From NCBI RefSeq assembly GCF_006345805.1, contig NC_042998.1, positions 103,540,001 to 103,604,000 on the forward strand: a DNA stretch of 64,000 bases. Reading direction: 5' to 3'. Of the stretch, positions 63,722 to 64,000 are shown piece by piece (position 1 is the first letter of the stretch; each line of letters opens with the position of its first letter). This stretch comes from Octopus sinensis (taxonomy: Eukaryota). Position numbers and translations under genes: made by a program. Under the pieces are notes generated by a model. It did no database searches, was not told where the DNA came from, and was given only the letters and a program-made list of their open reading frames with translations.

Positions 63722-64000
63722 TGTGTGTGTGCATGTTTGTGGGGAACGCAGAAGGAGAGTGTGGTGTAAAAGAGAAAGAAAATATATAGAACTGGTTCAT
63801 CATGAAATGATTGGTTGGCATTATTTAAAGAACTTTTAACTCCTGCCGAGGAGAAATTATGACCAAAAAAACCTTAAAGTTTTGACAATCTTGTGTTTAT
63901 ATAAGATGTAGTGTATTGCAGCATCATAGTACAATATTTTTAAAGACTAGCGTGTGTGAATTAAGGGGGATTTTGAGCAAATCTAGCAATCCTGGTTTTG

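Overview
AT-rich, microsatellite-dense eukaryotic DNA. The SINE families, repeat landscape and Sp gene point to a coleoid cephalopod, most likely Octopus (inference). Only one host gene is supportable: the large coding exon of an Sp6-9 (Sp8/Sp9-type) zinc-finger transcription factor on the minus strand (43086-45395), preceded by a clear splice acceptor, in a gene desert. The rest is mobile-element debris: four tRNA-derived SINE families, a nearly intact 5'-truncated R4/Dong-clade retrotransposon (RT plus restriction-like endonuclease) inside a (TAA)n tract, two Helitrons (one with a Pif1 helicase fragment), mariner, Chapaev-like, RTE and CR1-group fragments, and Penelope-like remnants. The most notable unexplained structures are hammerhead-ribozyme motifs (two with intact core nucleotides, at 31476-31574 inside a 776-bp foldback and at 60673-60718), a spacerless 128-bp (AAT)n/(ATT)n palindrome, a GC-rich miRNA-like hairpin at about 36530-36590, and a near-identical 208-bp tandem duplication carrying a TCF/LEF site. 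Almost all short ORFs in the track are microsatellite translations. All alignments and folds were read by eye; nothing was computed or searched.
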